Positions 60,258 to 64,000 of a stretch of 64,000 nt of DNA are shown here, piece by piece. Origin of the DNA: an uncultured Acidobacteriota bacterium (GTDB taxonomy: Bacteria; Acidobacteriota; UBA6911); the NCBI GenBank assembly GCA_964441405.1, contig CAYTYP010000002.1, positions 76,606-140,605 of the forward strand. The letters run 5' to 3'. How positions within the stretch are numbered: the first letter of the stretch is position 1; each line of letters starts with the position of its first letter. The translations under genes and the position numbers were made by a program. The notes under the pieces were generated by a model that saw nothing but the letters and a program-made list of their open reading frames with translations, did not search any database and was not told the DNA's origin.

Positions 60258-60326
60258 GATTTTTCTTTACAAAACACAATATGTAGTGTATGAATTCACA
60301 ATAAGCACAAAAAATAGTGTTAAAAA

Positions 60327-60830
60327 GTGAATTCTCAATCCGAATCTTGGTCGGCTATGCATGAACTGATCGAACAGGATCTGCATTTTGGCAACAGGCA
60401 AGATAAGAGCGATAACAGCATCGCTCTTCATTCAGGATTGACACTACCCATAAAATCTCAAATCAGGCTGAAAGAGCTCTATGATTATGTGGATGCTTCC
60501 CGGAAGGCTTTAAGGGATATTAGAATGGATTTTGCGCTTCTAGAGCCTGATCCTGATTGTCCCGCGTCCCTGCGAGCTTCCGAGCGGCTACAAAAATTCT
60601 ACCTGGAGGCTGCCAACTGGCGTTTCGATTCTCTATATGAGATTTCCAGGTCTTTGCAGATCCTGGTAATAGAATCCAGGGGCCGTGTGTGGGGAGATGA
60701 TTTGGGCAAAGTGTTGAATGATGGAATAGAAATGCTTTCAACTCTTTTAGAGCAGTGTGAAAGCGAATTTCAGTTGGAACTTGCCATAGCTGATATGCTG
60801 GATCGTATTAACAGGGTTTCCTGGAATTAA
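60327..60830 (+). CDS. Hypothetical cytoplasmic protein.
   Basis: ORF only. No recognisable motif. Confidence 0.3.
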   Translation: MNSQSESWSAMHELIEQDLHFGNRQDKSDNSIALHSGLTLPIKSQIRLKELYDYVDASRKALRDIRMDFALLEPDPDCPASLRASERLQKFYLEAANWRFDSLYEISRSLQILVIESRGRVWGDDLGKVLNDGIEMLSTLLEQCESEFQLELAIADMLDRINRVSWN

Positions 60831-61020
60831 TTCCGAGCGGATTTGCGGCTCAATCTTTTGCTGAAATAACCGCAATTCGTTCTCCGGCTTTGCCGTCCCA
60901 TATTGACTGATTCACTCTCTCCGGATACCATAAGTATTGTCATCGATAAGCCTTCTCATACATTTCGCCGATAAATAACTGGTGTTCTTTTTAGAAACCA
61001 AAATACGCGGACTATAAAAG

Positions 61021-62373
61021 ATGAAAATATTCCTTTTGATTGCCATGATGGTATTGGTTGTGGGTAATTGTGCGGCGCAGGAGCCTCCCTCAACGCAACC
61101 TGAAAACGAGCCGCCGCAGGAGGATTCCGTTCCTTTGGAGGATCAGAAACAGCCGGAGGCGGCAACTCCCGAGCCTTCTGCGAACAAGGAAAAAGAGGAT
61201 GGTTTATCTCGTGGATTTCAATCTTTATCCGATGACATATTTCAGAGCGCCCGGCATCCCTGGGGATTTTCGTTGAGCGCCTATGAAGGTTATTCGACGG
61301 ACTCTGTTCCGGGAGTCAACCGATATGAAGATGCGACCATTACTTCTCTCACTCCGCAAATGTTTCTAAACCTGGGCAGGCGCAAATCCAAATTTCACCT
61401 GGATTTGGGCGCCGGGTACAGGCTATACCGTCATCATAAGGATTTAAACGGTTGGGATTATTCCGGAAGTGCAAATTATTCATACCGGTTTTCCAGAAGC
61501 GTTTCCTTAAGTATTACAAACCTGTTTACATCCTCAGCGAATGATTCCTCGTCATCTTTGTCTCTTTTCCCTTCTATCCGGAATATCTATCCCACCAATT
61601 CGCGGGAAGTTTTATTTGATGACCGACAGCGGATCACAAGAGATTCAATGGAGGCCGAACTCGGTTTTCAATTAAGCCGTAAGGCGCGATTGAGCTTGTC
61701 GGGAGGATATGATTTATATAGTTATGCGCAAGAATCGATTACCGATACTCATGCGTTGCGTGTAGGCGCCGGCTTCGAATACAAACTGGCAAAATGGCTT
61801 AATTTTTCCAGCAGTTATTACGACTACTTGAATAAGGTGGATGATTCCAGCCGGGACATTCAAATACACAGGCTCACAATTGGCGGCTTTGATTTTAATT
61901 TGGACCGATTCTGGCGTATATGGATGGGCGGAGGAATCGATTTTTCACATTACCAGGGGCGCGATCGCTTCCAGGAAAGCGTCAATGCCGGCATTAGCTA
62001 CGATTCAAGAAGTTTATCTTTGAGCTCAACCTATCATCGAGGCCTCACGTCGGCTTCGGGTCTGTCCAGGCTGATGCAATCGGATACTTTTACTGAAAGT
62101 CTTGGCTATCGCGTTACAAGCCGGGTGAGTACGAGGCTGGCAGCCTATTACACTCGAAGCCGGGAATCATTTGATACCGGAAATATAAAAACCCTCGCCG
62201 GCAACGCGAGCCTCGAGTTCGCACTGCGCAACGATTTTTTCTTGAGCTTGAATAGTTCTTATCAAAACCAGCAGCAGCTCCATTTTTCGTATGGCGGGCT
62301 GCATGTGAACCGGCTCAGCGTATATGCCGGATTGCAGTATGTCTGGCCTCCACGCCAACGCGGCGACTATTAG
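61021..62373 (+). CDS. Putative outer-membrane beta-barrel protein (EpsL-like, by context).
   Basis: Signal peptide and a low-complexity linker. It has alternating amphipathic strands rich in Y/S/G and a C-terminal ...YAGLQYVWPPRQRGDY. The EpsL assignment is contextual only. Confidence 0.4.
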   Translation: MKIFLLIAMMVLVVGNCAAQEPPSTQPENEPPQEDSVPLEDQKQPEAATPEPSANKEKEDGLSRGFQSLSDDIFQSARHPWGFSLSAYEGYSTDSVPGVNRYEDATITSLTPQMFLNLGRRKSKFHLDLGAGYRLYRHHKDLNGWDYSGSANYSYRFSRSVSLSITNLFTSSANDSSSSLSLFPSIRNIYPTNSREVLFDDRQRITRDSMEAELGFQLSRKARLSLSGGYDLYSYAQESITDTHALRVGAGFEYKLAKWLNFSSSYYDYLNKVDDSSRDIQIHRLTIGGFDFNLDRFWRIWMGGGIDFSHYQGRDRFQESVNAGISYDSRSLSLSSTYHRGLTSASGLSRLMQSDTFTESLGYRVTSRVSTRLAAYYTRSRESFDTGNIKTLAGNASLEFALRNDFFLSLNSSYQNQQQLHFSYGGLHVNRLSVYAGLQYVWPPRQRGDY

Positions 62374-62385
62374 GTTCCGGGCCGG

Positions 62386-63759
62386 TTAAAAATGTTTCAG
62401 CGCCGGCTGTCCTAAGGGATACACGTTGAAGCCGATTTTGAAAAGCTGTTCGTGGTCCAGAAGGTTGCGCCCATCGAATAAGAATGCGGGCTTTTCCATC
62501 GATCTGAAAATATTTTCCCAATTGAGCGAACGATAGGTCTCCCATTCCGTCATCAGGGCTATCGCATGGGCTCCTTGAGCTGCTTCATAGGGATCTTCAA
62601 CGTAATCTATATTTCCTGCAAGCCCGCTCAAATCAATGCGGGCGTTATCCAGCGCCTTGGGATCGGTGATGGCAATTTGAGCCTTTTCTTCAAGAAGTTT
62701 CCGGGCGATGACGATTGCCGGAGATTCCCGTGTGTCGCTGGTATCGGCTTTGAAGGCAAATCCGAATAGTGCAACGCGCTTTCCTACGATGGTATTGAAC
62801 ATCTCGCGGATCATTTTTTTGACGAAGCGCGCTTCCTGATATTCGTTGATATCGAGGACCGCTTCCCAGTACTTAGCCACTTCATGAAGTCCGTAAGATT
62901 CGCAGATATAAACCAGATTCAGAATGTCTTTTTTAAAACAGGATCCGCCAAATCCGACGCTGGCGTTCAGAAAGCGGTTTCCGATGCGGGAATCCATGCC
63001 GATCGCCTTGGAAACTTCCAGCACGCTGGCGTCGGTTTTTTCGCAAAGCGCAGAGATGCTGTTAATAGAAGAGATCCGTTGCGCCAGGAAAGCATTGGCT
63101 ATCAGTTTGGATAATTCGGCGCTCCAGACATTGCTTGTGAGAATACGATCCTTCGGAACCCAGTTGGCATAGATGTCGACAATTTCCTGCCGGGCGCGGA
63201 GCCCTGCCGGAGTTTCACGGGATCCGATGAGGACCCGGTCCGGTTCCAGGAGATCCTTCACGGCGGTGCCTTCAGCAAGAAATTCCGGATTTGAAATCAC
63301 CTCGAAATGAATGGCATCGCTATTGGCGTTAAGAATATTTTCCATGGTCTGGGCGGTTTTGACCGGCAGAGTGCTTTTTTCAATGACGATTTTTGGCGAC
63401 TTGGATTCCTTGAGAATCTCACGGGCTACTTTTTCCCAGTACTGAAGATCTGCCGCCTTGCCGGCGCCTTCGCCAAAAGTCTTGGTGGGGGTGTTGACCG
63501 AAACAAAAATAATTTCGGATTCATGAATAGCGGAGCGGATATCGGTTGAAAAAAACAGATTTCGTCCACGGGCAGATTGAATGACATCCAGCAGCCCCGG
63601 TTCATAGATGGGCAGGTTATCGCTCTGCCAGGCTTCAATACGAGCTTTGCTGACGTCCACTACATTGACTTTGTATTGGGGGCACTTCATGGCGATCACC
63701 GCCATGGTCGGTCCGCCTACATATCCTGCGCCAATACATGCAATCCGTTTCGAAAACAT
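62386..63759 (-). CDS. ugd: UDP-glucose 6-dehydrogenase.
   Basis: IACIGAGYVGGPT...catalytic GFGGSCFKKD. The protein has eukaryote-like UGDH length. Confidence 0.9.
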   Translation of the reverse strand: MFSKRIACIGAGYVGGPTMAVIAMKCPQYKVNVVDVSKARIEAWQSDNLPIYEPGLLDVIQSARGRNLFFSTDIRSAIHESEIIFVSVNTPTKTFGEGAGKAADLQYWEKVAREILKESKSPKIVIEKSTLPVKTAQTMENILNANSDAIHFEVISNPEFLAEGTAVKDLLEPDRVLIGSRETPAGLRARQEIVDIYANWVPKDRILTSNVWSAELSKLIANAFLAQRISSINSISALCEKTDASVLEVSKAIGMDSRIGNRFLNASVGFGGSCFKKDILNLVYICESYGLHEVAKYWEAVLDINEYQEARFVKKMIREMFNTIVGKRVALFGFAFKADTSDTRESPAIVIARKLLEEKAQIAITDPKALDNARIDLSGLAGNIDYVEDPYEAAQGAHAIALMTEWETYRSLNWENIFRSMEKPAFLFDGRNLLDHEQLFKIGFNVYPLGQPALKHF

Positions 63760-63924
63760 AACAGGTTTTACCTCCTGCTTTTAGAAATGCAGATTATAAA
63801 AGGAACTTCAGCTTGTCCGTATCGGTTGAATTGTCGCGGGCATGTTATGGCAGGTTCTCCTATACGTCAAGGAAACGCGGCAAACTTTTACGCATGTCTG
63901 TAAAGTCTGTGAAATCTATGGTCC

Positions 63925-64000
63925 TTAATTGCTTCGGAACTTCTTCCTCAGCGCAAAGCATCCGGCCAGCAGACCGGATCCCAGCAAAATCAGCGTGGAT
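63925..64000 (-). CDS. The 3' end of a gene, continuing beyond the window, that encodes a PEP-CTERM-like sorting tail.
   Basis: The minus-strand frame ends ...STLILLGSGLLAGCFALRKKFRSN*, which is a hydrophobic TM stretch plus a basic cluster. The PEP motif itself would lie outside the window. Confidence 0.4.
   Translation of the reverse strand, partial: STLILLGSGLLAGCFALRKKFRSN

Noticed and set aside
1-64000. tRNA or rRNA genes, transposases and integrases.
   Set aside because: No T-arm/acceptor-like GGTTCGAATCC-type signatures or rRNA-like conserved stretches were seen by eye. No DDE, serine or tyrosine recombinase-like ORFs are present.

Overview
This 64 kb window reads as a chromosomal, mostly housekeeping segment of a Gram-negative bacterium, probably Acidobacteriota-like. 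That placement is an inference from the abundance of secreted proteins with carboxypeptidase-regulatory-like N-termini followed by TPR repeats, the TonB-dependent receptors and a PEP-CTERM tail at the window edge. The recognisable genes are mobA (partial), an S55/SpoIVB-like peptidase, tadA, pgi, nadC-nadA, a TonB-dependent receptor, a Tat-targeted 4Fe-4S protein, aspartokinase, a BlaI-family repressor, an HD-GYP response regulator, a copper P1B-ATPase with TRASH and HMBD domains, feoB plus a DtxR-family regulator, dinB, the compact his operon hisD-C-B-H-A-F-I, glgC, nfo, two paralogous vapBC modules flanking a UvrD/PcrA helicase in inverted orientation, an ADP-forming acetyl-CoA synthetase, archaeal-type apgM, thrC, panB, a class-I aminotransferase and an exopolysaccharide/PEP-CTERM-type locus (ExeA-like ATPase, CAAX/CPBP protease, two NDP-sugar dehydrogenases, an outer-membrane beta-barrel protein and a PEP-CTERM tail). 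I found no tRNA, rRNA, CRISPR array, transposase or integrase. The most unusual content is non-coding. First, at least ten dispersed copies of a palindromic intergenic element built on AAAACGCCACGGAA...TTCCGTGGCGTTTT sit after stop codons, and also inside two divergent promoter regions. Second, a 132 bp structured element is tandemly duplicated in the mobA/S55-peptidase divergent region. On the coding side, the most interesting feature is a translationally coupled pair of large paralogous secreted proteins with no recognisable catalytic motifs, together with the inverted vapBC pairs around the helicase. Coordinates derived from the printed sequence lines may be off by 1-2 bp.
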